A stretch of DNA of 64,000 nucleotides from Trueperaceae bacterium (GTDB taxonomy: Bacteria; Deinococcota; Deinococci; Deinococcales; Trueperaceae): contig JAXHNB010000002.1 of assembly GCA_034520945.1 (NCBI GenBank), forward strand, positions 256,001 through 320,000, read 5' to 3'. How positions within the stretch are numbered: the first letter of the stretch is position 1; every line of letters begins with the position of its first letter. The notes below the pieces were generated by a model. It was not told where the DNA came from. It did no database searches and worked only from the letters and a program-made list of their open reading frames with translations. Positions 16,878 to 26,707 of this stretch are shown one piece after another. The position numbers were made by a program, and so were the translations under genes.

Positions 16878-18317
16878 ATGAGCTGGCACGAGAGTTACGT
16901 CGGTCGCGTGCTCGAACCCGACTACCGGTTCGCGGCGCGGCACCTGGCGCCCCACCTGTTGGATGCGCTGGCGGCGCATCTGCGGACGGTGGCCGACCTT
17001 CCCATCGCCCAGGCGCCCGCGGCGCGCGCGCAGATCCGTGCTGCGCACCAGGCGCTCCTGCGTTGGCACGACCGGCCGCTGCCGGACTTTTCACCGGAGG
17101 TGCCCGACGCCTTCTTCGCCGTCTACCGGGCCCTCGAGGAGGAGCTGGGCGCGGCCAGCGCCGGTTGGTTGCGGGTGGGTCTCTCCCGAAACGACCTCGA
17201 CATGACGGTGTACAAGTTGCGGGCGCGGGCGCAGGCGTTGCAGTTGGGGGGCCGGCTGCTGACGCTGCGCGCCGCCGTGCTGGAGCAGGCGGAACGTGGG
17301 ATCGACACGGTGCTGATCGCCCAGACGCACCACCAACCGGGCCAGCCCACCACGGTGGCGCACTATCACCTGGCGATCGCCGCGTTGGCGGCGCGCGACA
17401 CGGCGCGATTGCTGGACGCCTGGGTGCGCCTGGATACCTGCCCGATGGGGGCGGCCGCGCTGGCGGGCAGCAGCCACCCGCTCGACCGCGCCGCCACCGC
17501 GCGGCGTCTGGGGTTCGCCGCCCCGGTCGAGAACACCTACGACGCGGTCGCCGCCAGCGATTGGGGCGTCGAGCTGGTCGGCGTGGCCCAAAGCGTGGCC
17601 TTGAACGCGTCGAGGTTGGTGTGCGACCTGTTGGCCTGGACCGCGGCGGGCTGGTACCGGCTGCCGGACGCGCTGGTGCAGGGCTCGTCCATCATGCCGC
17701 AGAAGCGGAATCCCGTTCCGCTGGAGCACGCACGGGCGCGCTTCTCGCGCGCGGCCGGCGCGGCGCAGATGGTGGCGTTCAGCAGCCACAACATCCCCTT
17801 CGCCGACCTGAACGATTTCGGTCCGGACCTGCAGGGCACGTTGCAGACGCAGCACACGCAACTGCTCGGTGGCCTGGACCTGCTTCACGCCTGCGTCCGC
17901 GAGGGGCGGTTCGACACCGAGGCGCTGGCCGAGGTGGCGGCCGCCACCGACACCAGCGCCACCGAACTGGCGGACGAACTGGTACGGCGCGCCGGCATGG
18001 ACCCTGCGGCCGCCCAGGGCGTGGTCGGCCGGATGGTGAGGCGAGCCGGGGCGGAGGGGCGTTCCGCGGCGTCGCTGGGGCCCGACGACCTCGAGGCGGC
18101 CGGAGGTCCGCGGGTGGAGGCCGAGATCGTCCGCGACGCGCTCGACCCCGCCCGTTTCGTGGCGCGCCGCGACGGCCTGGGTGGGCCCGCGCCGACGTCG
18201 GTGCGGGCCCAGCTGACGCGGGCGCGCGAGGCGCTGGATCGCGATCGCGCGCGCTTGGCGGGTCACGAGGAGCAGGCGGAGGCGGCACGACGCGAACTGC
18301 GTACGCCCTGGTCGTGA
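16878..18317 (+). CDS. Argininosuccinate lyase-like protein (fumarase/aspartase superfamily)
   Basis: SRNDL, THHQPGQP, CPMGAAALAG, signature GSSIMPQKRNP. Confidence 0.85.
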   Translation: MSWHESYVGRVLEPDYRFAARHLAPHLLDALAAHLRTVADLPIAQAPAARAQIRAAHQALLRWHDRPLPDFSPEVPDAFFAVYRALEEELGAASAGWLRVGLSRNDLDMTVYKLRARAQALQLGGRLLTLRAAVLEQAERGIDTVLIAQTHHQPGQPTTVAHYHLAIAALAARDTARLLDAWVRLDTCPMGAAALAGSSHPLDRAATARRLGFAAPVENTYDAVAASDWGVELVGVAQSVALNASRLVCDLLAWTAAGWYRLPDALVQGSSIMPQKRNPVPLEHARARFSRAAGAAQMVAFSSHNIPFADLNDFGPDLQGTLQTQHTQLLGGLDLLHACVREGRFDTEALAEVAAATDTSATELADELVRRAGMDPAAAQGVVGRMVRRAGAEGRSAASLGPDDLEAAGGPRVEAEIVRDALDPARFVARRDGLGGPAPTSVRAQLTRAREALDRDRARLAGHEEQAEAARRELRTPWS

Positions 18318-18325
18318 CCCCGGCG

Positions 18326-18937
18326 TCAGGTTCTGCCGCGTGCGCCCGGGGTCAGTCGCGCCGGGGTCGCCGCGCCGGCCGGCAGCTCCACCACCCCGCC
18401 GGGCAGCGCGAGGTGCGTGACGCGCACGTCGTGGGGGGCCAAGGGCAGGGATGCGGCCAGCAATTCGGGGTGAGCCACGCCCACCCGTGCGGCGTCGGGT
18501 CGCGCCTCGGCCAGCAAGCGGTCGTAATGTCCGCCGCCGTAGCCGAGGCGTCCCCCCGCGCGGTCGAAGGCGAGCCCAGGCACCAGGAACAGGTCCACCT
18601 CCGCGGCGAACACCCGCGGCGCGTCGGCGGGCGGCTCCAACATGCCGAAGCGGTGACGGGACGGGGCGCCCACCAGACGGTGCAGCGTCAGGGGCCCGTC
18701 GCCTGCCGCCATGCGGGGTGCGACCACCCGCGCGCCGTCTTCGAACAGTGCCGACAGGTCGGCCTCGCTGCCGAACGCCAGGTACACCGCCACCGTGCCG
18801 GCCGCGTGGTAGGGCGCCCAGGCGCGTAGCGCCTTCACCACGGCGGCCGACCACGCGGCGTGGTCCAGCCGCCCGCGCGCGTCGCGCGCTGCGGCGCGCC
18901 ATGCCTGCTTGACGGCGGCGTTCGGGTCGGGACGCAT
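18326..18937 (-). CDS. 5-formyltetrahydrofolate cyclo-ligase
   Basis: FGMLEP, VPGLAFDRAGGRLGYGGGHYDRLL, PHDVR. Confidence 0.9.
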   Translation of the reverse strand: MRPDPNAAVKQAWRAAARDARGRLDHAAWSAAVVKALRAWAPYHAAGTVAVYLAFGSEADLSALFEDGARVVAPRMAAGDGPLTLHRLVGAPSRHRFGMLEPPADAPRVFAAEVDLFLVPGLAFDRAGGRLGYGGGHYDRLLAEARPDAARVGVAHPELLAASLPLAPHDVRVTHLALPGGVVELPAGAATPARLTPGARGRT

Positions 18938-19023
18938 CGACGGCGAGCCTACCGCCGGCCGCAGCCTCGCGGACCGTGTGCGGCGCGACCCGCCCCGAGG
19001 GGGCGCGGCCGCATACTCTGCGC

Positions 19024-19455
19024 ATGGCCCGAACCAGTGAGACCACCGTGCACCAGCTCGTCGACAAGCGATTCGTCGGCATCACGCCCGACGGCATGCG
19101 CGTCATGATCGATGGCGAGGCCGAGGCGCAGACCGGGATGCGGCCCATGCAGCTGTTGCTCAACGCGGTCGGGGCGTGCGCCGGCTACGACATCGTCGAG
19201 ATGCTCCGCAAACGGCGCTTGGAGGTACGCGGCTACGAGATCGAACTGCGGGGCGACCGCGCGGAGGGCACGCCCAGTGGCTTCACCCGGATCCACGCGC
19301 GCCACCGGTTCGACGTGCCGGGTCTGGACGAACGAACCGCGCGCCGCTTCGCCGAGTTGGGGATGACCAAGTACTGCTCGGTCGCCGCCAGCCTGAAGGC
19401 CGACATCGACGTCGAGGTGGAGCTTCTGCACGAGCCGGCCCCCACGGGCACATGA
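19024..19455 (+). CDS. OsmC/YhfA-family protein
   Basis: GMRPMQLLLNAVGACAGYD...KYCSVAASL (two conserved Cys). Confidence 0.88.
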   Translation: MARTSETTVHQLVDKRFVGITPDGMRVMIDGEAEAQTGMRPMQLLLNAVGACAGYDIVEMLRKRRLEVRGYEIELRGDRAEGTPSGFTRIHARHRFDVPGLDERTARRFAELGMTKYCSVAASLKADIDVEVELLHEPAPTGT

Positions 19456-19482
19456 CGCGCGGGGGTGCCGGACGGGGTCGGC

Positions 19483-19731
19483 TCAGGCTTGGAGTGGACC
19501 GCTGCCCCCGCTCTCGGGCTCGCCTTCGCCCGACACGCCGGCCGCGAACCCCGATTGCAAGCCCATCAGGTACCCGAGTTTGAGCATGAACAGGAGCGTG
19601 TCGACGTCGCCGGCCGCGACGCGCTCCTCCACGTAGGCGCGCGTCCCTTCGGGCAGGTCGATGGCGTCGATCCGATCGGCGTGTTGGGCCTGCATCTGTT
19701 CCAAGAAGGCCCGAATGGCGTCCTTGCTCAT
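19483..19731 (-). CDS. Small protein resembling Deinococcus DdrH
   Basis: FLEQMQAQH...LPEG...GDVDTLLFMLKLGYLMGLQSGFAAG matches a recalled DdrH-like pattern; 4-nt overlap with the mgsA stop. Confidence 0.55.
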   Translation of the reverse strand: MSKDAIRAFLEQMQAQHADRIDAIDLPEGTRAYVEERVAAGDVDTLLFMLKLGYLMGLQSGFAAGVSGEGEPESGGSGPLQA

Positions 19732-20111
19732 GGACCCCCCTCCAGCCAAGACACGATCGCCAGCGCCGTGCCCAGGTTGGTGGCCAACGGGACGCGGTGC
19801 ACGTCGCAGATCCGCAACAGGGCGCTGACGTCGGGTTCGTGCGGTTGCGCCGTCAACGGGTCGCGGAAGAAGATCACCGCCGCGATGCGGCCCTCGGCGA
19901 TGCGGGCACCGACCTGAAGGTCGCCGCCCTGCGGGCCGGACTGCACCCGTTCGATGTCGAGCCCCGTGCGTTCGCTCAGCACCCGCCCCGTCGTGCCGGT
20001 CGCCACCAGGGCGTACGCCCGCAGCACGTCGAGGTGATCGTGCACGAAGGTGGCGAGGTCCGGCTTTTTGGCGTCGTGGGCGATGAGGGCGACGGCCTTG
20101 GCGGCATTCAT
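19728..20111 (-). CDS. mgsA: Methylglyoxal synthase
   Basis: ALIAHDAKK, ATGTTG, SGPQGGDLQVG, DPLTAQPHEPDVSALLRICDVH. Confidence 0.95.
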   Translation of the reverse strand: MNAAKAVALIAHDAKKPDLATFVHDHLDVLRAYALVATGTTGRVLSERTGLDIERVQSGPQGGDLQVGARIAEGRIAAVIFFRDPLTAQPHEPDVSALLRICDVHRVPLATNLGTALAIVSWLEGGP

Positions 20112-21691
20112 GTGTCCGAGTCTAGCCGTTCGACGCGCACCTCGCCGCGGCGCGCGTCCAGCAGCCACACCTCGTCGCCGGGGCGGGCTTGGGCCAGGCG
20201 CCACAGGTCGCGCGGGTCGACCACCGCCGGTTTCGGGTAGCCGCCGGTCCGGCCACGGTCGGCCAGCAGCACGATCGGACGCCCGTCGGGCGGAATCTGG
20301 ACCGCTCCCCACGGCGTGCCGTCGCTCTCGATCTCCTCCCCCTCCCATGGAACCGGCGGGCCGTCCAGTCGGGCCCCGGTCCGGTCCACGCCATGGACCC
20401 GGAACGCCGTCGACACCAGGGCATCGAACGCCCGCGGCGCGTACTGCGGGCCCGGATGCACGTGCACCGCCACGCGCGCGGAGTAGACCGGCCGACCCGG
20501 ATGGGGCAGCGGGGGGCCGGTCCCCGACGCGTCCAGCGGGAGGACGTCGCCCGCTTGCACCCAGCGGCCCGATCCCCCCGCGCCCGCGCGGACGTCGGTG
20601 GCGTCGGACCCGCGCCACTGCTGAGCCCGGTACCCGCCGCCCACGGCCAGGTACGCCGTCCGCCCCGGCACGGCGGCGTCGGGGATCAACTCCAGGACCG
20701 CCCCCGCCGGCCACGCGAAGGCGCGCCAGCTTCGGATCGAGGCGCCGTCCAACGTCACCGATACGCCCCCTCCCGTCACGGCGGCCGTCAGATCGACCTC
20801 GCTGCGCAGCGCGATCGGTTGCCCCAGCACCTCCAGGGCGGCCCGGTGCGCCGGGTTGCCGACCATGCCGTTGGCGGCCTCCAACGCCAGCGGATCGAGG
20901 GCGCCGGCCTGCGCCAGGCCGAGATGCCCGCCCCCCCACCGTGGGCGTCCCTGCAACGAGGCACTGCCCGGCACGGCGCCCACGACCTCGAGGTTCGGCC
21001 CGTCGGCGCCAGCGAGCACGCCCTCGCCCGGGTCGCGGACGGGCGCGCTGCGCAGGGCGTCGATCCCGACAGGCTCGAAGACGACGGTGTCGCCGGCGCC
21101 CAACCACGCGGGGTCGTCGCGCCAGGGGTCGAACAGGGGGGCGTCGGTCCGTCCCAGCACCCACCATCCGCCCGGGCTGGCGCTGGGATAGATGCCGCCG
21201 CGGCCCGCCGCGATGGCCACCGCGCCGGCCGGCATCCGCGAGGCCGGCCGGTCGCGGCGCGGAAGGTGCAGAGCCTCCGGCAGGCCCAGCAGGTAGGGAA
21301 AGCCGGGCGTGAAGCCGATGAAGGCCACCGTCGGCCGGTGTGCCGCATGGCACGCGACGACCTCGTCGAACGGCATGCCGAGCCGGGCTTCGAGGGCCTG
21401 GGCGTCGGCATCCTCGCCGTACGCGACGCGCACCGTCCGCGTGCGGCCATGCGCCGCGTCGCGAGGCAGCGCGGCGGCGCGCTGGAGCCAGGCCCGACGC
21501 GCGTTCGCTGACAGCGTCGGTCGGTGCTCGACCGACAACGAGGTGAATCCCAGAACGAGATCGCGGATCTCCGGCGGGGCGGTGGCGGCGAGCCGCCTGC
21601 GAAGGTCGGCCAGCCGCTGCGAGGTCGCCGGCGAAGCCGGACCGTCCTGCTGCAGCACCGAGGCGTACGGCCCGGTGGTCATGAGCTTCAC
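20108..21691 (-). CDS. Fused PxpB-PxpC (5-oxoprolinase/allophanate hydrolase subunits 1+2)
   Basis: GFTPGFPYL and YPSASPGGW (PxpB); DRTGARL and GAVQIPPDGRPIVLLADRGRTGGYPK (PxpC); TACAAT 7 nt before GTG 21691. Confidence 0.85.
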   Translation of the reverse strand: MKLMTTGPYASVLQQDGPASPATSQRLADLRRRLAATAPPEIRDLVLGFTSLSVEHRPTLSANARRAWLQRAAALPRDAAHGRTRTVRVAYGEDADAQALEARLGMPFDEVVACHAAHRPTVAFIGFTPGFPYLLGLPEALHLPRRDRPASRMPAGAVAIAAGRGGIYPSASPGGWWVLGRTDAPLFDPWRDDPAWLGAGDTVVFEPVGIDALRSAPVRDPGEGVLAGADGPNLEVVGAVPGSASLQGRPRWGGGHLGLAQAGALDPLALEAANGMVGNPAHRAALEVLGQPIALRSEVDLTAAVTGGGVSVTLDGASIRSWRAFAWPAGAVLELIPDAAVPGRTAYLAVGGGYRAQQWRGSDATDVRAGAGGSGRWVQAGDVLPLDASGTGPPLPHPGRPVYSARVAVHVHPGPQYAPRAFDALVSTAFRVHGVDRTGARLDGPPVPWEGEEIESDGTPWGAVQIPPDGRPIVLLADRGRTGGYPKPAVVDPRDLWRLAQARPGDEVWLLDARRGEVRVERLDSDT

Positions 21692-21707
21692 GTGCGACAT
21701 TGTATGC

Positions 21708-22529
21708 GTGAGCATCTCTCTGGCCCCCATCCGAATCGGCCCGGTGGCGCTGTCCGGCGAACGCCTGCTGGTGGCCGTTGCCGTCCTGGCCGCCCTGGTG
21801 TGCGTCGAGCTGGTGGCGCGGCGGCGCGGCCGCGACGCCGACTGGGCGTGGACCGCCGTGATCGTAGGTCTGCTGGCCGCCCGCTTGGCGTGGGTCACGG
21901 CCCACCTTCCCGCCTACCTGGCGCGCCCGCAGGAGATCCTGTTCGTGTGGCAGGGAGGGTTCACGGCGTGGGCGGGCGCCCTTGCCGCGGTGGCGTGGGC
22001 GGTGGGGCGGTCGTGGCGCGCACCGGGGCCACGCATCCGCGATCTCCTCCCCGGGTTGGCCGCGGCCGGTGCGGCCGGCGTCGTGACGTTGGCCCTTCTC
22101 CCCGCCGAACCGGCGCCCCCGAGCCTGGACACGGTGCGGGCGCCGCTCACCTCGATGTCGGGCGAGGTGGCCGCTCCGGCCGATTGGGTCGGCCGGCCGC
22201 TGGTGGTCAACCTGTGGGCGACCTGGTGCGGCCCCTGCCGTCGCGAGCTCCCCATGCTGATCGAGGAGCTGGAGGCGCGGGAGGGGATCGACCTCGCGCT
22301 GGCGTCCCAGGGGGAGGCGCAGGGGACGGTCGCGCGCTACCTGGAGGCGGAGGGGTTGGCGGCGCAGGCGGTCTGGTTGGATCCCGAGCAGGCGTTGTCG
22401 AGGGCCTACGGAGTGGTGGGGTTGCCCACCACGCTGTTCGTGGACCGATCGGGCGAGGTTCGACGGGTCGCCTTCGGCGAGCTGAACCGCGCGCGGCTCG
22501 CGGCCTCTCTGGGGGCGCTCGGGCCGTGA
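21708..22529 (+). CDS. TlpA-family thiol-disulfide reductase with an N-terminal Lgt-like membrane region
   Basis: VVNLWATWCGPCRRELP, GLPTTLFVD; N-terminal GLLAARLAWV..WQGG; start uncertain. Confidence 0.85.
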   Translation: MSISLAPIRIGPVALSGERLLVAVAVLAALVCVELVARRRGRDADWAWTAVIVGLLAARLAWVTAHLPAYLARPQEILFVWQGGFTAWAGALAAVAWAVGRSWRAPGPRIRDLLPGLAAAGAAGVVTLALLPAEPAPPSLDTVRAPLTSMSGEVAAPADWVGRPLVVNLWATWCGPCRRELPMLIEELEAREGIDLALASQGEAQGTVARYLEAEGLAAQAVWLDPEQALSRAYGVVGLPTTLFVDRSGEVRRVAFGELNRARLAASLGALGP

Positions 22530-22560
22530 ACGCCGGCGGGGCTCGGCGCCGCGGGCGGGG

Positions 22561-22590
22561 TTGACATGCTCTCGGCCGCAGGTATAGACT
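22561..22590 (+). promoter_or_regulatory. rRNA promoter driving 23S-5S-tRNA
   Basis: TTGACA at 22561-22566 and TATAGACT at 22583-22590. Confidence 0.8.
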
Positions 22591-22623
22591 CCTTTTTGCC
22601 GCTCGCGAGAGTGGCGCGAACGA

Positions 22624-22647
22624 TGACAAGCGAAGACGAAGCGAGAC
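22624..22647 (+). other. 5' strand of the 23S processing stem; pairs with 26356-26380
   Basis: TGACAAGCGAAGACGAAGCGAGAC is complementary to GTTTCGCTTCGTCTTCGCATTGTCA. Confidence 0.8.
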
Positions 22648-23430
22648 ATCCGCGCTCAGACGATCTTTTTGCCGTTTTCGGCCGATCGGATGAGCGTAAG
22701 CGCAAAGCCGGATTTCGATCCGGAACTGCGCGTCCAACTCTTAGTACTTGCGACCGAGAAGGTTACGTTACTAAGGGCGCACGGTGGATGCCTTGGCACT
22801 CGAACCGATGAAGGACGTGGCTACCTGCGATAAGCCTCGGTGAGCTGGAAGCAAGCTTTGACCCGGGGATGTCCGAATGGGGAAACCCACGCGAGCGAAC
22901 CTCGCGTACCCATGCGTGAATCCATAGCGCATGTGGAGGGAACCCAGGGAACTGAAACATCTTAGTACCTGGAGGAAAATAAAGAAAACTCGATTCCCTT
23001 AGTAGTGGCGAACGAAGAGGGAACAGCCTAAACCGCCTCCTACGGGGGGCGGGGTCGTAGGACCGGCAACGTGGACCGGAATGCCTAGTCGAAGCGCACT
23101 GGAAAGGCGCGCCAGAGCGGGTGATAGCCCCGTAGACGAAAGGCGTGAAGGCCTAGCCGGCACCTGAGTAGCGCGAGCCACGTGGAATCTCGCGTGAATC
23201 CACGGGGACCACCCCGTAAGGCTAAATATTCCGAGTGACCGATAGCGAACCAGTACCGTGAGGGAAAGGTGAAAAGCACCCCGTGAGGGGAGTGAAATAG
23301 TACCTGAAACCGTGCGCTTACAAGCAGTCACAGCCCTATGCCCGTCTTCGGACGGGAACGGGTGGTGGCGTGCCTATTGAAGCATGATCCTGCGACTTAC
23401 TGACAGTGCCGAGTTTAAGCCGTTAGGCGG

Positions 23431-23463
<33 letters not shown>

Positions 23464-24731
23464 CAGGCGCTGTTAGTAGACCCGAAACCGGATGAGCTAG
23501 CCATGGCCAGGATGAAGCTCCCGTAACAGGGAGTGGAGGTCCGAACCCGTTGAGGTTTAAAACTCTTGGGATGAGCTGTGGTTAGGAGTGAAAAGCTAAC
23601 CGAATCCGGAGATAGCTGGTTCTCCCCGAAATAGCTTTAGGGCTAGCCTCGGGGGTTCACCGTTGGTTGTAAAGCACTGATTGGGCTAGGGGGCCCACCA
23701 GCTTACCAAACCCTGTCAAACTCTGAAGGCCAACGGTTCATACCCCGGGAGTCAGTCCGTGTGAGCTAACTTTCACGGACAAGAGGGAAACAACCCAGAC
23801 CGCCGGTTAAGGTCCCCAAGTCATGGCTGAGTGGAGAAGGATGTGGAGACGCTAAGACAGCTAGGAGGTTGGCTTAGAAGCAGCCATTCCTTGAAAGAGT
23901 GCGTAATAGCTCACTAGTCGAGCGTCTCTGCGCCGAAGATGATCGGGGCTAAGCCATGCACCGAAACCGCGGCAGTGCAGCCAAGCTGTACTGGGTAGGG
24001 GAGCGTTCCGTAGGCCGTCGAAGCGGTACCGCAAGGAGCCGTGGAGGTATCGGAAGTGCGAATGCAGGAATGAGTAACGATAAGAAGGGTGAGAATCCCT
24101 TCCGCCGAAAGCCCAAGGGTTCCTGAGCAAGGGTCGTCCTCTCAGGGTTAGTCGGGACCTAAGGCGAGGCCGAAAGGCGTAGTCGATGGACAGCAGGTCA
24201 ACATTCCTGCACCACTTTCGTGGAGCGATGGGGTGACGCATTAGGATAGGCCAACCGGAGCCACGGTCGAGCCCGGCGGCGTGCGAAGCCAGGGAGGATA
24301 GGCAAATCCGCCTCCCGTGTTGGTGACGTACGTCGGGAAGGCCCTACGGGGCTGATAACTGGTCGAATCCACGGTGCCAAGAAAAACCTCTAAGTGTCGA
24401 AGCGAGAGTGCCCGTACCAAAACCGACACAGGTGGGCGAGTGTAAGAGCACTAAGGCGCGCGAGAGAACTCTGGTCAAGGAACTCTGCAAAATGGCCCCG
24501 TAACTTCGGGAGAAGGGGTCCCACGCGTACGGTGATCATTCGTGATTGCCGGAGGTGGGCACAGTTAATTGGCTCCAGCGACTGTTTACCAAAATCACAG
24601 CACTCTGCGAACCCGAGTAGGGGATGTATAGGGTGTGACACCTGCCCGGTGCCGGAAGGTTAAGGGGAGGCGTGCAAGCGCCGAACTGAAGCCCCGGTGA
24701 ACGGCGGCGGTAACTATAACCGTCCTAAGGT

Positions 24732-25357
24732 TAAGTAACGCTAGCCTTAGTAAAACCGAACCATATGCGGGAAACTCCTCGAAAACCGTCCGGTACTCGC
24801 CGATGCTTCGGCAGTAAAAATCCGGCGGACATGGGGACGATCCGCAGGGAAGACTTGGTGAAGATGCCAAGAACCCTCAGAGACCATACGTTCGGGATCG
24901 ACGGGTGAAGCTCGACAGCCAATGGGTGGTCGGGTTCGTGGATGGCGAAGGGTGTTTTCACGTCGGGATTGCAACGCATGCCGACATGGCGGTGGGACGA
25001 CAGGTCCTGCCCGAATTCACCGTCGTCCAGCACGAGCGCGACGTCCAGGTGTTGCACGCGCTGAAAACGTTCTTCGGCTGCGGCGTGGTTCGAAGCAACC
25101 ACGGCGAGCGAATGGCGTATCGCGTGCGCACGTTCGAGCACCTGCACGATGTCATTGCCCCGTTTTTCATGAAGCACACCTTGAAGACGATGAAGAACGT
25201 CGACTTCAGAAAGTTTCGACAGGTGTTGCTCGCGATGAAGGACGGTGAGCACCTGACGCCGGAAGGCGTCGACAAGATCCGCCGATTGGCGGCGGAGATG
25301 AATCGTGGTCGATCAAGATAGAGTCCGGCCCTCCTGGAAACAGGATGGGATGAACCG
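24732..25357 (+). mobile_element. Group I intron at 23S position L1931 (E. coli numbering)
   Basis: Splits CCTAAGGT|AGCGAAATTCC. P1 CTAAGGT/GCCTTAG has a U-G pair at the splice site; P10 guide CGCT; P ATATGCGGGAAA; Q ATCCGCAG; R TCAGAGACCA; S AAGATAGAGTCC; P3 CCGAAC/GTTCGG; terminal G at 25357. Confidence 0.95.
24905..25321 (+). CDS. Single-motif LAGLIDADG homing endonuclease (intron-encoded)
   Basis: WVVGFVDGEGCF motif, EFTVVQH, FFGCGVV; 138 aa; the stop codon overlaps the S element. Confidence 0.93.
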   Translation: MKLDSQWVVGFVDGEGCFHVGIATHADMAVGRQVLPEFTVVQHERDVQVLHALKTFFGCGVVRSNHGERMAYRVRTFEHLHDVIAPFFMKHTLKTMKNVDFRKFRQVLLAMKDGEHLTPEGVDKIRRLAAEMNRGRSR

Positions 25358-25473
25358 AGCGAAATTCCTTGTCAGGTAAGTTCTGACCTGCACGAATGGT
25401 GTAACGACTGGAGTGCTGTCTCGACCAGAGACTCGGTGAAATTGAACTGGCCGTATAGATGCGGCCTACCCGC

Positions 25474-25505
<32 letters not shown>

Positions 25506-25658
25506 ACAGCTTGATGTTGGCGTTTGGACCGATCCGTGTAGGATAGGTGGGAGACTGGGAAGCCAGGCCGCTAGGCTTGGTGGAGTCATTGGTGAAATAC
25601 CACCCTGATTGGTTTGGCCGTCTAACCTGCGCCCGTTATCCGGGCGAGGGACAGCGTG

Positions 25659-25690
<32 letters not shown>

Positions 25691-25832
25691 CAAAGCGTAA
25701 CGGAGGCGCACAAAGGTTCCCTCAGCACGGTCGGAAATCGTGCATAGAGCGTAAGGGTACAAGGGAGCTTGACTGCGAGACATACACGTCGAGCAGGGAC
25801 GAAAGTCGGTCCTAGTGAACCGGTGGTACCTC

Positions 25833-25886
<54 letters not shown>

Positions 25887-25994
25887 ACCGCCCGAGAGTT
25901 CACATCGGCGGCGGTGTTTGGCACCTCGATGTCGGCTCGTCATATCCTGGGGCTGGAGAAGGTCCCAAGGGTCCGGCTGTTCGCCGGTTAAAAT

Positions 25995-26046
<52 letters not shown>

Positions 26047-26160
26047 GTGGGCGTAGGAAAACTGAGGAGAGCTGTTCCTAGTACGAGAGGACCGGAATGG
26101 ACGCACCGCTGGTTTCTCGGCTGTTCCACCAGGGGCATATGTCGAGTAGCTACGTGCGGA

Positions 26161-26195
<35 letters not shown>

Positions 26196-26390
26196 GACTC
26201 CAAGATGAGTTTTCCCACCTCCTCGTGAGGGTAAGTCCCCCGGTAGACCACCGGGTCGATAGGCCGGGAGTGTACGCACGGCAACGTGTTTAGCTGACCG
26301 GTACTAATCGGACGAGGACGTAACCTTTTTTGCAATCATCCTCGAGTTGGATGGCGTTTCGCTTCGTCTTCGCATTGTCACTATTTGTTT

Positions 26391-26510
<120 letters not shown>

Positions 26511-26563
26511 ATATTTTGCGAACGGAAGGCACCGACCCTGCGGGTGGGTGCCTTCTCGTCCTC

Positions 26564-26639
<76 letters not shown>

Positions 26640-26649
26640 GAACGGTGAT

Positions 26650-26677
26650 AGGGGCCGCCCGCGAGGGCGGCCCCTTT
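26650..26677 (+). terminator. Intrinsic terminator of the rRNA operon
   Basis: GGGGCCGCCC-GCGA-GGGCGGCCCC-TTT. Confidence 0.85.
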
Positions 26678-26707
26678 GCCGTGTCGGGTCTCGGACGGCG
26701 TTTGGCG

